Shown in pieces: positions 37,500 to 50,899 of a DNA stretch of 64,000 nt. Both the position numbers and the translations under genes were made by a program. The DNA is taken from the NCBI RefSeq assembly GCF_009834535.1, contig NC_045707.1, positions 61,444,001 through 61,508,000 of the forward strand. The letters are read 5' to 3'. How positions within the stretch are numbered: position 1 is the first letter of the stretch; every line of letters starts with the position of its first letter. The DNA comes from Camelus ferus. Its lineage: Eukaryota. Under the pieces are notes generated by a model. That model was given only the letters and a program-made list of their open reading frames with translations. It was not told where the DNA came from and searched no databases.

Positions 37500-40020
37500 A
37501 TAGAACTTAAATAGGTGGAATACAACAGAGCAGGGATGAAAATATAAGAGAATGGCAGTAAAACCTGGATAAAACAAAAATTGGCTAATTTCCCCCTAAA
37601 AATCTGAGTATCACGTAACAGTTAAAGAAATTAAATCAGTAATTAAGCTTCTATAAGCATATGCACACACCAGAGCAAAATAGTTTTATAGAAAATTTTT
37701 CCCATTCAAAAAATAAATGAGAAGCTTACATAAACTGTAAACAAAATATTAACGTTTCGTTCCCAAGTTTCAACTTCTTTTATGAGACAACTACAACCTT
37801 GAAGTCAAAAGCATACGAGGAGAAATGAAGGAGGAAAATTACAGTCCAATCATAATTCTGAAATTAAATGCAAAAGTTATAAGTAAAATGTTCTTAACAA
37901 GAGTCTAGCCATCTATAAAAGTAACCTCATGATTAAGTTGGATTTATCATGGGAATGAAAGGATAGTTTAAAATTGGATTACTGAGCCATCACTTAACTG
38001 TAGTACCTATATGAAAATATAAATCTCACTGTATTCATTAAATATATGTACAATTTTGTATGTTAATTATAGTTCAAAAATGGTTTAAAAAATAACAAGA
38101 GAAACAATAAACAAAATGGAAACAGGAAATAGAAAATGATAAAACATAGATTATAAAAATTTTAAAACCACCATGTACCTACCTCTTTACAATAATTTGA
38201 AAACATTAATGAAATGGGCCAATTTTAAAAAATTACATTTATTCAAAGAGGAATTTAAAGCACAAGTAATTTTTTTAAAGATATAAAATATTATTTCCAA
38301 AACAATTTCCCAAAAGAAAAAAAAAAACCAAAAGGGAAAAATCCTTTGATGTAGTTTACAATGTTGCGGCATGAAAGGAAAAAAAATTGGGGATCATTTC
38401 AAGAGATGCAGAAAAAAATATCTGGTAAAATTAAACATTCATGCAAAATAAAAGCTCACAGCAAAACAAGGAAAAGAGAAAACTTTCATAACCTGACAAT
38501 GAGGACTAATGAAGAACAATCTAAAGCAAATACGCATAATGGTGAAACACTGTCTAAAGTCAGGAATGAGAGAATGGTGTTACATAAAATAGTTTATGTT
38601 CAACATTGCTTTGGAGGATTCATTGACTATTAATATTAATGAAATAAACAACTGATACAAGGATTAGAAGAAATAACAAAACCAGAATTTTTTGCAGATA
38701 ACATGATTGTCATGGAAAATCCAAGAGAATCAAAGTATTAGAAATAATAAGATAATTCAGTAAGATTCTTGGATAGTAAACCAATGTAAAAAATAGTTTG
38801 TATTTCTATGAATCATCAAAAAAAATCAATTAGGAAGTGTAATTTAAAATACCTTTTACAATAGCAACAAATACACGTTACCAAGGAATCTTAGATGCAA
38901 GACCTCAAATTTTCAAAACTTAAAAGACATTTAAAAATATCCAAATAAACAGTCTTTATTAATGGAAATAGTCAATGCTGTAAAGATATTATTTCTTCCC
39001 AAGTTTATCTATAAATTCAGCATAATTCCAACCAAAATTTCAAGGTCTTCTGTGGAAATGATAATTTCCATTAATTTGCAGGAGCAAATGGCCAAGAATA
39101 GCCAGATAATTTCTAAATTTGGAAAAGGAACAAGTTGAGGGAGGACTTCCTACCAAGTATCAAAGCTTTATTGTATGTAGCCTTCGTAGCTTGTACAGTT
39201 CTGTCTTGGAGACTCGTCAGGAGCTGTTTAAATCTCTGGGATGGAGTAGTTTATGACAGACAAAAGCTCTCATCAAGCACAGCTAGATAATTCAAATAAA
39301 ATGCAACAAAAACAATATTTAAGAACATCAGACATTTCCTAAAGCAACAAAGACTGGAGTCAAGATTTCAGAGCAGGACATCCATAGAGAGGAGGGCTGA
39401 TGTTATGAAAGCTACTATTTCCATGGGAACATGTGTTGATTCTGGGCCCAGGTCTAGGGCGAAAAAACTAGGCTTGGCTCAAGCAGAGGCGAATTTTTGG
39501 GAAACAGAGAAACTAGCAGGGCTTTGGTTGGCCTTGCAGAACTAGAGAGATAACATTGGAGAACTGAGTAGTTTAAGATCCAGGTGGGACATAGAGGTGG
39601 AGGAAATGAGCCCAAGAGATGTCCATTTTGCCCTCAAGCTATTTGTTTAATTTTGAAGCTGTTGACAATCAGGAGGCTAAAAACCTAGGCTGAAAGCCTT
39701 TGGAAATCAAAACAGATTTTTCAGTAATTTCTCTGTGCTAAAGCAATAAGGATTTGAGTTCAGAACCCACCAGGGAGAGGCGGCAACGAACATACCAGCC
39801 TCCCAGTGGAAAGCCTTAGAAGTCCATATCCTTGGAAAGAGCAAACAGAGGAAAACCATACCTTGGAAAAATTCTAACCCATCCTTGACTAAGTTGTATT
39901 TGGATTAAGGTGAACCATCCTGACTCTATCTGTTCAGCAGAAGAAAAGGTCAAACTCTACATATTTGTTTCACACATGTTGCCAGGGTGTTTTTAGAGTA
40001 AAAACTTACTAGGCATACCA
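37500..40020 (+). mobile_element. Decayed L1 fragments
   Basis: ORF2-like A-rich motifs (TTTGCAGATAACATGATTGT; ATCTATAAATTCAGCATAATTCCAACCAAAAT). Confidence 0.55.
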
Positions 40021-40343
40021 AGTGTTTCCACACTCTACTGCTGTGCAACAAACTTCCAAAACTTAATGGCTTAAAAATTTATTATTATTTCTCATTATTA
40101 TCTGGGTTGGCTTGTCCTACTAGGCGATTTCTCCGCTATATCTAGTGTCAGGATTCAAGGACAAGGCTGCATTTAGTTGGTGCTCAGTTGGGGTTGCAAC
40201 AAAAGGATGACTTCTTCCCTTTTAGGGCCTTTTCATTGTGACCTCTCCAGCAGGAAAGCATGAATTTTGTTTTGTTTTGTTTTGAAACTTTTTTTCCTTC
40301 CAGTTTTATTGAGATATAATTGACATACAGCACTGAATACAGC

Positions 40344-40463
40344 TTTTTGGAGGAGGGGAGGGATAATTAGGTTTTATTTATTTTTTTTAATGGCAGTACT
40401 GGGGATTGAACCCAGGACCTTGTGCTTGCTAGGCAAGCACTCTACCACTGAGCTATACCCTCC
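40344..40463 (-). mobile_element. tRNA-derived SINE (same family as 26597)
   Basis: Reverse complement reads GGAGGGTATAGCTCAGTGGTAGAGTGCTTGCCTAGCAAGCACAAGGTCCTGGGTTCAATCCCCAGTAC. Confidence 0.85.
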
Positions 40464-41502
40464 AGTAGTCTGCAAATAGGAGGTATACAGTAAATTTATT
40501 TTTTAAATCACTTTGAATGAAATCTGATGTTGGAGACCATACTTCTAGTTCATTCTTTATTGAAGTATGACTTGAGTATGTAAGCAGGCGTACCTCATAA
40601 TTGGAAAAGTTGATGAGCTGTTACCAAGTAAACACACCTAGCTAGCCGTAGCATAGGCCCAGAAGGTCCTGGTACCCTTTCTAATTACTATGTCCTCTTT
40701 CCTCTTGAAAGGTAACCCTATCGTAACTCCAAACCTAGATTAGCTTTGTCTGGTTTTGAACTTTATGTAAATGGAATCATTTAATATGCATTTTTTGGTG
40801 TGTCAGTCTTCTCTTGTGGCACCATATCTTTTATAGTTTTCAAGATCGTCTCTGTTCACCCTTTTCACCCTGTGCTCAACCAAGGATTTATACTTATCCC
40901 TAAAAAGTAGCTTTGTGCTGAGAACCCATCTGCTTCTGAGAATCAAAAATCTATACTTATACTTAAAAAGTCTTTGTCAGGAGAACCAAAAGGCTGATGA
41001 TGGAAGAAAAACATACTAGTTTTTAATCACAATTAACTTGGACATTGATTAATGTTATTACTTCTGAGCAAGTTGCTCTTTTAATAATAACTAATAACAG
41101 GAGATGAAAGGGAGGCAAATACGAATAAGAAACATGGCAGCCAATAGTCATTTTGAATGTGGCACCAAACTGAATCAGTTATGCCCAACTCCTTCCTGTC
41201 CTTTAGCCTGAGAGGGAAAATAATCAGTGAAGAAAGGAAGAATCACCTGCATTTAAATATGCTCATTTATGATAAATGATTTATCATAATATATATGATT
41301 TATCATATTTATATAAATATCATTATATATCATTATATTTATATAAATATAAATGATTTATCATTATATAGCAGCAATCAAATCTTGTCCGTAAATTCTC
41401 TATAAACTTGAGGAGCCAAATTTTAACATGTAGTGAATTTATGAAAACTTTGCTTGCCAAATAGAATGTAATGATTATTTTTTTACCCTCCTTTTTGCTT
41501 AC

Positions 41503-41591
41503 GGCAGAGTTTCTTTACGCAAGTGTCTTCATCTGCACATGCAGAGCAGCTTGATCCGATAACGTAAGGGGCCATATTTGGATAATTTCCT
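41503..41591 (-). CDS. GLIPR1L1: GLIPR1L1 coding exon 4 (GN..PY and Cys-rich hinge)
   Basis: TTTCTACAG acceptor, GTAAGC donor, 89 nt: (A)GNYPNMAPYVIGSSCSACADEDTCVKKLC. Phase 2 in, phase 1 out. Confidence 0.93.
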
Positions 41592-42159
41592 CTGTAGAAA
41601 AGAGAAACAGTGATTAACCAAATGGCTATTAATTTCTCTAATTTTGTGCATGCATTGATGCAAGTTGTTTTCGTCCCTAATCATGAATGTTGAAAAGGAA
41701 AAATAACAACTTAGGTCCCGATGTTAATGCTTATTTCTTTTGTACAAAGTAACTGTTAAAATTGTTCTTTACAGGACATCCGTAATCCTTGTGGCAGTCA
41801 TATTCTTGAATATTCTGTAGAACAGGAATTAGATGTGAACTCAGTGTAATTATGCATGTGGCAGCCACAAAATTTTTGTTGTAAACACTGTGATTATCTC
41901 TTGATTTTGTAAATGGAATACGGAAATTTAAATCACAAATGGAAACATGTGTTTTATGGTTTAATTTAAAAGTACAATACCAGAGTCATTATCTAGTTCT
42001 ATTTGATGATGTGCCAGAAAGATTTGGCAGCTATTATGCATGCTTTTCAGTAATATCAATTGATACATGGTAACAAACCTCTTTTTTTTTTTCAATCGCT
42101 GTGTGGTGAAAGACTTAGAAAAAGATGTTATTTACCTAGAGTACACAGAGAAAAATATT

Positions 42160-45100
42160 AATAACATGAGTTGTATTCCATTGAAGAATATACTACAATT
42201 TATTCATTAATCTGCTGATGGACTTCTGAGTTTTTCCAGGTCTTCAGTGTTACAAATAGTTACTACATACAATTTGAACATTCATATATAATTCTTACCC
42301 AAAATGTATACGGACATACATTTTCTTGAATAAATACCTAGGAGTGGAGTGAACAGATCATATGATAGATGCATATTTAATTTTTTAAGAAACTACCACA
42401 GTGTTTTTACAAGTAGTTGTAACACTGTACGCCCACCAGCAGTGTGTGAAAATTCTAGCCTCAGGATTGGAAAAATGGCCAGTCTTTCTTTAGCCGCTCT
42501 AATTGTTGTGTAGTGGTACTCATTATGATTTTAATTTGTATTTACCTAATGATTAATGATTTGGAGCATTTTTTCATGTGCTTATTTGTAATTTGCTTGT
42601 CTTGTTAATCTTTTGTTCATTTTTTAAAATTGAGTTTTAGGTTTTTCTAGTATTGAATTTCTAATTTTTCAGCATTATGAGAGTTCCTCCTATATTCTTG
42701 GTCTAAGTTCTTTATTTGATATGTGTTTTGCAAAGACTTACCTCAAATCTGTGGCTTGTCTTTTCATTCTCTTAGCAGTGTCTGTGAATAACAATCACTT
42801 TTAATTTTAATGAAATTCAACTTAACTTGTTCTTTTATGGGTCATGCTTCTGGTGTGGTAGTTAAAAAATCTTTGGCTCTCTTAAGGTTACAAAGGTTTC
42901 ATCTCTGTTTTCTTCAAAAAGTTTTATAGTTTTAGATTTATATTTAGATTTATGATCGATTTTGAGTTAATTTTTGTAAGTTGCATGTTATGTAGATCCA
43001 GGTTTACTTTTGTTTTTTATATGTGGGTGACAAATTGTTCCAGCACCCTTTGTTGAAAAATCTTTTTTTCCACTGCATTGCCTTTGTGCATTTGTGAAAT
43101 ATCAGTTGTGCATGTCATGTGTCATCAACCATGGGTGAATTTATTTCTAGATTCTGTATTCTATTCCAGTGATCTATTTGTGTAACTTTACATCAATAGC
43201 ACAATGTCATGATTATTCTAGCTTTAATAATAACTTGTAAACAATAGTGTTAGCTATTTCAAATTTATTCTTTTTCATAGTTGTTTTGATTATTCTAAAT
43301 CCTTTGCATTTCTATATGAGTTTTATGATCAGTTTGTCAATTTCTACAATAAAAGCCTGCTGGGATTTTTATTGAGATTGTATTGAATCCATAGATCAAT
43401 TCAGTGAAAAATTGCCTCTTAATAATGAGTCTTTTCCCTCATTAACAAGATATATCTGTCTAATTATTTGTCTTTGTCAGTTTCTCTCATGAATGTTATG
43501 CAGTTGTCAGTGTATAGATCTTTAATGTCTTCTGCTAGATTTATCCCTAAATAATTTATATTTTTTGATGCTGTTATAAATGGTATTGTTATTTTAATTC
43601 AATTTATGATTGTTCCTTATTCGTATACGGATATGTAATTGAGTTTTGTATATTGATCTTATATCCTGAAAAATTGCTAAACTTACTTTTTGGTTCTAAA
43701 AGAGTTTTCATAGATTCCATTGAATTTTCTATATAGACCTCTAGATCAGCTGTCAGCAAAGTGTGACCCATAGGACATATCTGGCTTGTGGTCTTATTCT
43801 GAGCAGTCTGTGAGCTAAGAGTTTTTTAAAGTATTTTTAAGGGGTTATTTAAAACTAAACAAAAACAAAGATGATTATGTAACAGAATGCATGTGTCATG
43901 CAAAGCCTAATATATTTACTGCCTAGTACTTTGCAGAAAAAGTATAGCAAAAGTACTGTCTGGTACTTTACAGAAAAAAAACTCTGGTATAATGTTACAT
44001 ACAGGCTTTTCGTAGATACCCTTTTTTAGATGTAAGAAGTTCCCTTCTATTTCTAGTTTTCTAAGAACTTTCATCAAGAATGAATGTTTGACTTTTTCAG
44101 TCTATTGAGATGATCATATAATCTTTACTTTTAGGCTGATTAATATGATGAATTACATTTTTTTTTTAGAATGTTAAACCAGCCCTACGTTACTGGAACA
44201 AACTCCATTTGGACAAGGTGCATTATGCTTTTACTGTATTGGATTCAATTGCTAAATTTTGTTTAGAACCTTTGTACTTCTGTTTGTTAAGAGATATTGC
44301 TCTGTAGTTTTCTTTTCCTTTTATTTCTCCTTTGCAATTTATGTCTTTCAAGCAATTTCTCCATTTTATCCAGGTTGCCTCTGGATTAATTAATGCCATT
44401 GTCATTTTGAAATGGCCTTCTTTATCCCTGGTAATATTCTTTCCTCTAAAATCTACATTGTCTGATATTAACATAGACCTTGCTGCTTTCTTTTTTTTAC
44501 TAATGTCAGCATAGTAAACCTTTTCTCGTTCTTTTACTTTTGTCTATTTGTGTCTTTAAATTAAAATATACTTCTTGTATGCAGTGTATAACTAGTTCTT
44601 GATTTCTTATTCCATCTTCCAGTCTCTGCCTTTTCATTTGGGTGTTTGTATTATTTACATTTGATGTGATTACTGATATAGTTAGGTTTGATGCTATAAA
44701 ATCTTATTTATTCTATTTGTCTCATCTGTCCTTTGTTCTTTTTTTTTTCACTGCCTTCCTTTCGGATTAATTGAATATTTTTTAAGATTTAATTTTACTT
44801 GCTTTTTGGCTTACTTGCTGTTACTGTTTTTTTGTTATTTTAGTAGTTACTTTAGAGTTTATGGCATGCATCTTTTACTTATCACAGTCAAGTTAAATTA
44901 TTCCACTTGACACTGAGTAGAAGAACCTTAAGGTAATACACTTCCATTCTCCCCTCTCAGCCTTTGTGCTGTAGTTATTACAAATTTTAATTTTACATAT
45001 TTTATAGCCCTCCCAATACACTTCTATTATCTTCAATTAAATAATTATCTTTTGAAAAATAATAAGAAAAACATACTATATATTTACCAATGTAGTTACC

Positions 45101-45500
45101 ATCTCCAGTGGTTCAAACATCTTTCTTTTTTATCTTTAAAAAATATTTTCACAGGATATAGAATTCTTGGTTGACAGATTTTTTTTTTATTCTTTCAGTA
45201 TTTAAAGATATTACTGTCTTCTCTCTTGCATTGTTTCCAATGAGAAATCTGCTGTCATCCCCATCTTTGTTCCTCTTTTGTAACATGTCTTTGTTCTCTG
45301 GCTGCTATTAAGATTTCCTTTTTATTACTGGTTTTGAAATGTTTTATTATAAAGCGAGTTAGTATCATTTATTTTATGTTTCTTGTGATTGGGGCCTGTA
45401 AGGTTTCTTGGTTATGTGAGTATAATTTTCCTTAAGCACAGAAAGTTTCGGGCCATATTTCTTCAAATATTTTTCTGTCCCTGCGTCTTTCAGGAAATCA
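42160..45500 (-). mobile_element. L1 fragments with a nested MER58-like hAT element (~43746-43980)
   Basis: T-rich antisense ORF2 (ISDNVDFRGKNITRDKEGHFKM, endonuclease region). MER58-type GCAAAGCCTAATATATTTACT...TTTACAGAAAAAA. Confidence 0.75.
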
Positions 45501-46359
45501 GTTCCCACTAAAGTTATCTCACAGCTGATGCTCTTTTATCTTTTGTACTGCAATTTCTCTGGTATTTATAAAAATTGTACCCTGCCCCAAGCTTTGAGGT
45601 TATGTATTCATCATTCTTGTTTTTGCTTCTGACTGAGAGGGAATGGAAGAAAATAGAGAAAGATACATACACATTCATACCTCTCCATAACAATTTTGAC
45701 ATATTTCAGCTTCTTTTTGCCAAACTTGTATGTTTATTCTTTGCCTTATTTTCATCTTTTCTACATTTTATTTTTAAATTTTTGTTTGTTTCAGAGTTGG
45801 ATTATTAACTGATTTTATCTTCTTCCTTGTACAGATATTTTGCAATTAGAGTTCCAGAATTTCATTTTTGGAGATACCCATTGGGCTTATGTTATATTCC
45901 ATTTAGATAATGCAATTATCAGCAAGGCAGTCAAAAACTTACGGTATTCTTTTCTTAGAAGAATGTGTTTTTCACTATCATTCTCAATCATTTACTCATT
46001 CCAGTTATATTGCGTTATATTATAATTACATTATATTATATTATACAAGCATCTGTCAACCTATTTTGTGCAACAGTATTTAGATATTACTGTGCCAAAG
46101 TATTTTATATTACGTCCTTTTTTACTTAACAAACAATCTCCTTCATTTTCACGCTCAAGATTAAATATTTCATGACATGTATAATTTTTTGCACATTCTC
46201 TTACCACCTTTTATTTCATCTTTTTCTTTTGATTAGCAAAATGGAGGGAGACTCCACTTAACAAAAATATACTTGTCTCTTTAGTGTAAGATCCTGTTTT
46301 TGGAAACAATTCTTAACATATATTTCAATTTAAAATATATTTAATAGCAAAATAACTTA

Positions 46360-46461
<102 letters not shown>

Positions 46462-48075
46462 CTATAAGGAAAGGAATTTTAAAATAAAATATGCAAAACA
46501 ACTCTATGTAAACAATGCATTATGGGAACAGGTATAATCTTTGTCATGATACAAAAAAATGGATGTACATAAATATTTATTGGCTATTTTTTCCTAATTT
46601 CTAATATTTAGTTTAAAACAATTAATTATTTTGTTTAGGCTGCATTCAAGAGGGCTACCTAACTAGTTTTTTCCTCACAGGTAATTCTCATAAATCAAAA
46701 GGAGATTATATTATATAGCCAAAATCATAATTTCTTCTGGATGACTTATGAAATATATTTTTATTTTCTCCGTGGGTATATCATACAAACAACATTGAAA
46801 CCAGACTATAAGTAAAAACAGTAATTACCTTTTATTTCTTTTTCTCAGAAAAATTCTAAATTAATGATCACATTTTAAATTCTGTGGTCTTAACCATATT
46901 CTTACCTTTGTCAAATCACAAGAAGCAGATAGGGATAGAGATTAAGAACATGTTGAGTTTATTGCAAAAAAAAAAAAAAATGCCTGAGATAGAGATGGTG
47001 AGTCTTTATTTTTGTCTAGTTGCAAAGAATAGCAAAGTTATTCAAAAGGAAGAAGACTCCTATGGAAAACCAGCCAGGGGGAGAGAGATAAAGAAGTGAA
47101 GAATGTTAAGTATTCCTTTGTGACAATGTTAGAGTGGAATTTTTGTCAATTTCCCAGATGAACAAGGGGGAAAAAACTTATTTACTTCATTTGAAAAACA
47201 AAATAATCTGAGGAAAATTGATTTTGACAAGATAAATGAATTTCCTGAACTCATTGATTTTACAATTCAATTAACAAAATGTGCTAATATTTTTTATAGA
47301 CTAATGTATTAGTCACTGTTTCCCATGGCCTTGATGTAGCCAGAATCAACCATTTAGCAAAACATATTTTAATGGCTCTTTGGCTGCCTAAGAGGGAGCA
47401 AAGTGCAATAAAAAACACAGTGAAGCAAGAACTAAGAAATGAGTTCTGCTTCTAACCACGTGTGGCTTTGGAGAGTGGCAGATTGATTCAGAGCTTGTTT
47501 CCCACCTATTAAAATAAGATTAAGCTAGATCACTGAACGCTCCTTTTCCTTTTGAATATTTTAGAAAGTTAAGAACTATATGACTGCAAGTATATGTATT
47601 TTCAAGAAGTAATGTTTAAAAATTTGGTTCATGAATAACTGACTATACCATGCAATTTTACTTGATTAATATATTTAAATTGTGATTCTTTTTTCGGTTT
47701 TGGAATGCTAAAAATAAATACTACATATAGGTTTAGAATGTATTGCTTTCATTAAAGAGACTAGATGTAACGTTAATATGAACATTGGCTATAACTTCAA
47801 CGTGACTATCTGCAAATGATGAATGCAAGAAATTCTTAGCTCATTTTGTTTGGAAAATTAAGCAAGATACAGTTGAACCAATAGAAAGAATGCACCCATA
47901 CCTAATTATTTAAGCATATAAGTAAATTGGCCAATGGGGAGTGAGCTCCCATTTCTGATGTAGCAATGTGAAGGGAGAAGGGGTATTTGGGAACAGGTTC
48001 CTTTTTCCTTGTAACAAAAGGGGACACACTGATTATATAAAGTCTGTGGCTCAGCTTTAATGCCATATAGGGATA

Positions 48076-48655
48076 CAGTAGTCCCCCCTTATTTGCCAGT
48101 TCGCTTTCAGAGATTTCAGTTACCTACAGTCAACTGAAGTCCAAAAATATTAAATGGAAAATCGCAGGAGTAAACAGTTCATAAGCCCTAAATTGCGTGC
48201 CTTTCTGAGTAGCCTAATGAAATCTCATACGGTCCTTTTCCGAAATCTCATACAGTCCCTTTCCATCTCACTTGGGATCTCCAACCTATTGACATGGTCT
48301 GCTCTTGCCATCCAGCCATTGACGTCGCTGTGGCACGTTGATCCAGGATCACCCAAAGCAGATGATCCTCCTTCTGACATGCTGTCAGAAGGTCACTGGT
48401 AGCCTGACTGCTACATCACAGTGCCTGCATTCATCCACCTCACTACTTCTCATTATATGATAGGCGTCTTGTTGTAACTGTTAAATTCTATTGATAGTTA
48501 ATCTCTTACTGTGCCTAATTTATGAATTAAACTTGATCATACGTATCTATGTAGAGGAAAAACAATAGTATATGTAGGGTCTGATACCATGTGAAGTTTC
48601 AGGCATCCACTTGGGGTCTTGGAACATTTCCCTGTCAGAAAAGGGAGGACTACTC
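48076..48655. mobile_element. MER44-like (Tigger/TcMar) MITE
   Basis: Terminal inverted repeats CAGTAGTCCCCCCTT / AAGGGAGGACTACTC, flanked by TA dinucleotides at 48074-48075 and 48656-48657. Confidence 0.8.
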
Positions 48656-48979
48656 TATTGCATTTTACTTGTTGTCAGGATACTTGACATTTGATTCCAT
48701 TCTTTCAACTTTCTCAGCAGAAACCAAACCATATTCTTTGCAAACAACATCTGTCCTGAGCAGGATTTCCACACTTACAGCATTGTTATTGGACAAAGAG
48801 TGATGAGAAGAGAAGCATGGAAACTGTTAATTTCTTTGTTCAGTGCACCTCCGATAAAAATGACTTGCTTTAAGGTAGTATACGTTAATTCAGCTGATAC
48901 AAATGAGTGAGTTTGGAGAATAAAGTTAGCTCTTTCTGTTGCTTAAATTGTTCTTCCAAGGAGCTTGATGCCATGTCTA

Positions 48980-50270
48980 GGATTAGTTTAGCTAAAAAGT
49001 GACTTCCAGTTCTCACTTAAAACTCCCACAGCAAAACGACCAGAAGAATTGGAAAAATTATAGGAAATAATGTTTTTCGACAATGGATAGTGCCCCTGGA
49101 GAGCTGGGGGGAAAAGATGCAAGCTGTCCAATTGTTTCATCTTATTGCACTGAGAGAGTTTCCAGGCCATGTCTGGGAGTGGGGCTAGTGGGGAAACCGG
49201 GAGAAACTTGAGGGATTCACCTAGCTGAGAGACAGAGCTGAGAGTCTGGGGAGACCCAGGAGGCAGGAGCTTAGAAAGCACAGTACTGGAGAGATGAAAA
49301 TCTTACAGTGACACAGCTAAGGAGATCTGTAGGGGTTCCTCATCATCAATTCAGCAGAGCACTAATCAGAGCACACATAACGAAAAACTATCCCAGGCCC
49401 ACGAAAGCACCATTTAGAGGAAAGAATACCGAGTCTTACACAGAGCCAGGGACAGGAACAGTGGGCCTGTTCGCGCTAGCCAGACTGGAAAATTTACTAA
49501 ATTCTGGGAATTCGGGTAGAGTGTCTTGCTCCACTGGTGAGAGAGAATTAGCCCTCGACTAAACACTGCTTTCATTCCATCTAACATATTTTAAAAGTAG
49601 GAACCAAAAAGGTCAAGTAAATTCCAGATAACCTATATCCCAGAAGACAGTTAAGAATATTTATAAGATATATAAATAAATCCAGCATCCAACAGGCAGA
49701 TATGACAAAGTTGGGAATATAGTAAAATTTACCCAGCATGATAAGAAGTGGGAAAATTTGACCAATTTGACCAAAAATTTCCCACAGTCAACTGTGGGAA
49801 AACTTCAAGCGGCCTTCTACATGGGTAACTGGGCTCTCGGAAGAGAAGAGTGAGAGAGACAGAAATATTTCAAAAAGCAATGGTTAACATTTTTCTAAAT
49901 TTGGTTTGAACTATAGATCTGCAGTTCCAAGAAGCTCAGTAAACTGCAGCACAAGAAACATGAAGAAAACTGCAGGACATTATGGCGAAATTGCTCAAGA
50001 TCTGTACTAAAGGAAAAACAATTTAAAGGCATTCGAAGAAAAAAGGCACATTACACACAGAAAAATAAATAAAAAGATTACAGTAGATTTCTTGTTGGAA
50101 ACAATGCAGGCCAGATGATAGTGGAGTAAGATATTTAAAGTTCAAGGGAAAAAAAAAATAACTCACTACATAGAGTTCTATTCCCAGTAAAAATATCTTC
50201 CAAATGAGGGGAGTCTTCCAGAGACTCAAAAGAAACTCTAAAATAAAAATGCTAAAAATTTGTCTTGTGA
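48980..50270 (+). mobile_element. Old L1M 5'/ORF1 fragments
   Basis: ORF1-like motifs (GTTCCAAGAAGCTCAG; GATTTCTTGTTGGAAACAATGCAGGCCAGA). Confidence 0.55.
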
Positions 50271-50312
50271 TTGAAATATGCATAAATAATTAATAAAGTG
50301 TCAAATACTTAC

Positions 50313-50558
50313 CTGTGTAAAATGGCCACAAACATTGGAACATGACAGTTTATTAAAATTATAAAATTCAGTTTCATTATACCAGGCCTCGATAGCAGAG
50401 TGTGGTGTAAATATGCTTAATCCACCTAACCAGATGTTCTCTCCAACATACTGAAATTTTGGGTGGCATTTATATGATTTTGCTAAACAGGTGTTGTGTT
50501 CGAATTTGCACTTGTTTGTCCACGCTTTAGCAATCTTCGCTAAACCTTCATCCCAACT
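50313..50558 (-). CDS. GLIPR1L1: GLIPR1L1 coding exon 2
   Basis: TTTCAG acceptor, GTAAGT donor, 246 nt: SWDEGLAKIAKAWTNKCKFEHNTCLAKSYKCHPKFQYVGENIWLGGLSIFTPHSAIEAWYNETEFYNFNKLSCSNVCGHFTQ. Contains the CAP motifs GENIW, WYNE and CGHFTQ. Confidence 0.95.
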
Positions 50559-50899
50559 CTGAAAGGTAAAAATAATTCAAACTGAGTTGTGCATATTTGG
50601 TCAGCTTAAAGTCATTCTAATGATTATAACCAGTTAAATTTTTAAAGTTCATTATGTTAATAAAATATAGTTTTTCTTTGGCATTTATTATTTTCACAGT
50701 TAGTCATTTTTTTTTTAATTCTGCTTCAGAAGCACTTATGTGGTACCCACTCTGTGACAGTTCATTTTGTATTTCCAACACCAAGCAGATGGCTTGGTAC
50801 AGTACAGACACTCAACAAATACATTTGAATGTGATTTAAATAAGTCGGAGTTCACAGTCTAGTAATTCAGGAAGTCACACAAATAGAAGTAAATGATAA

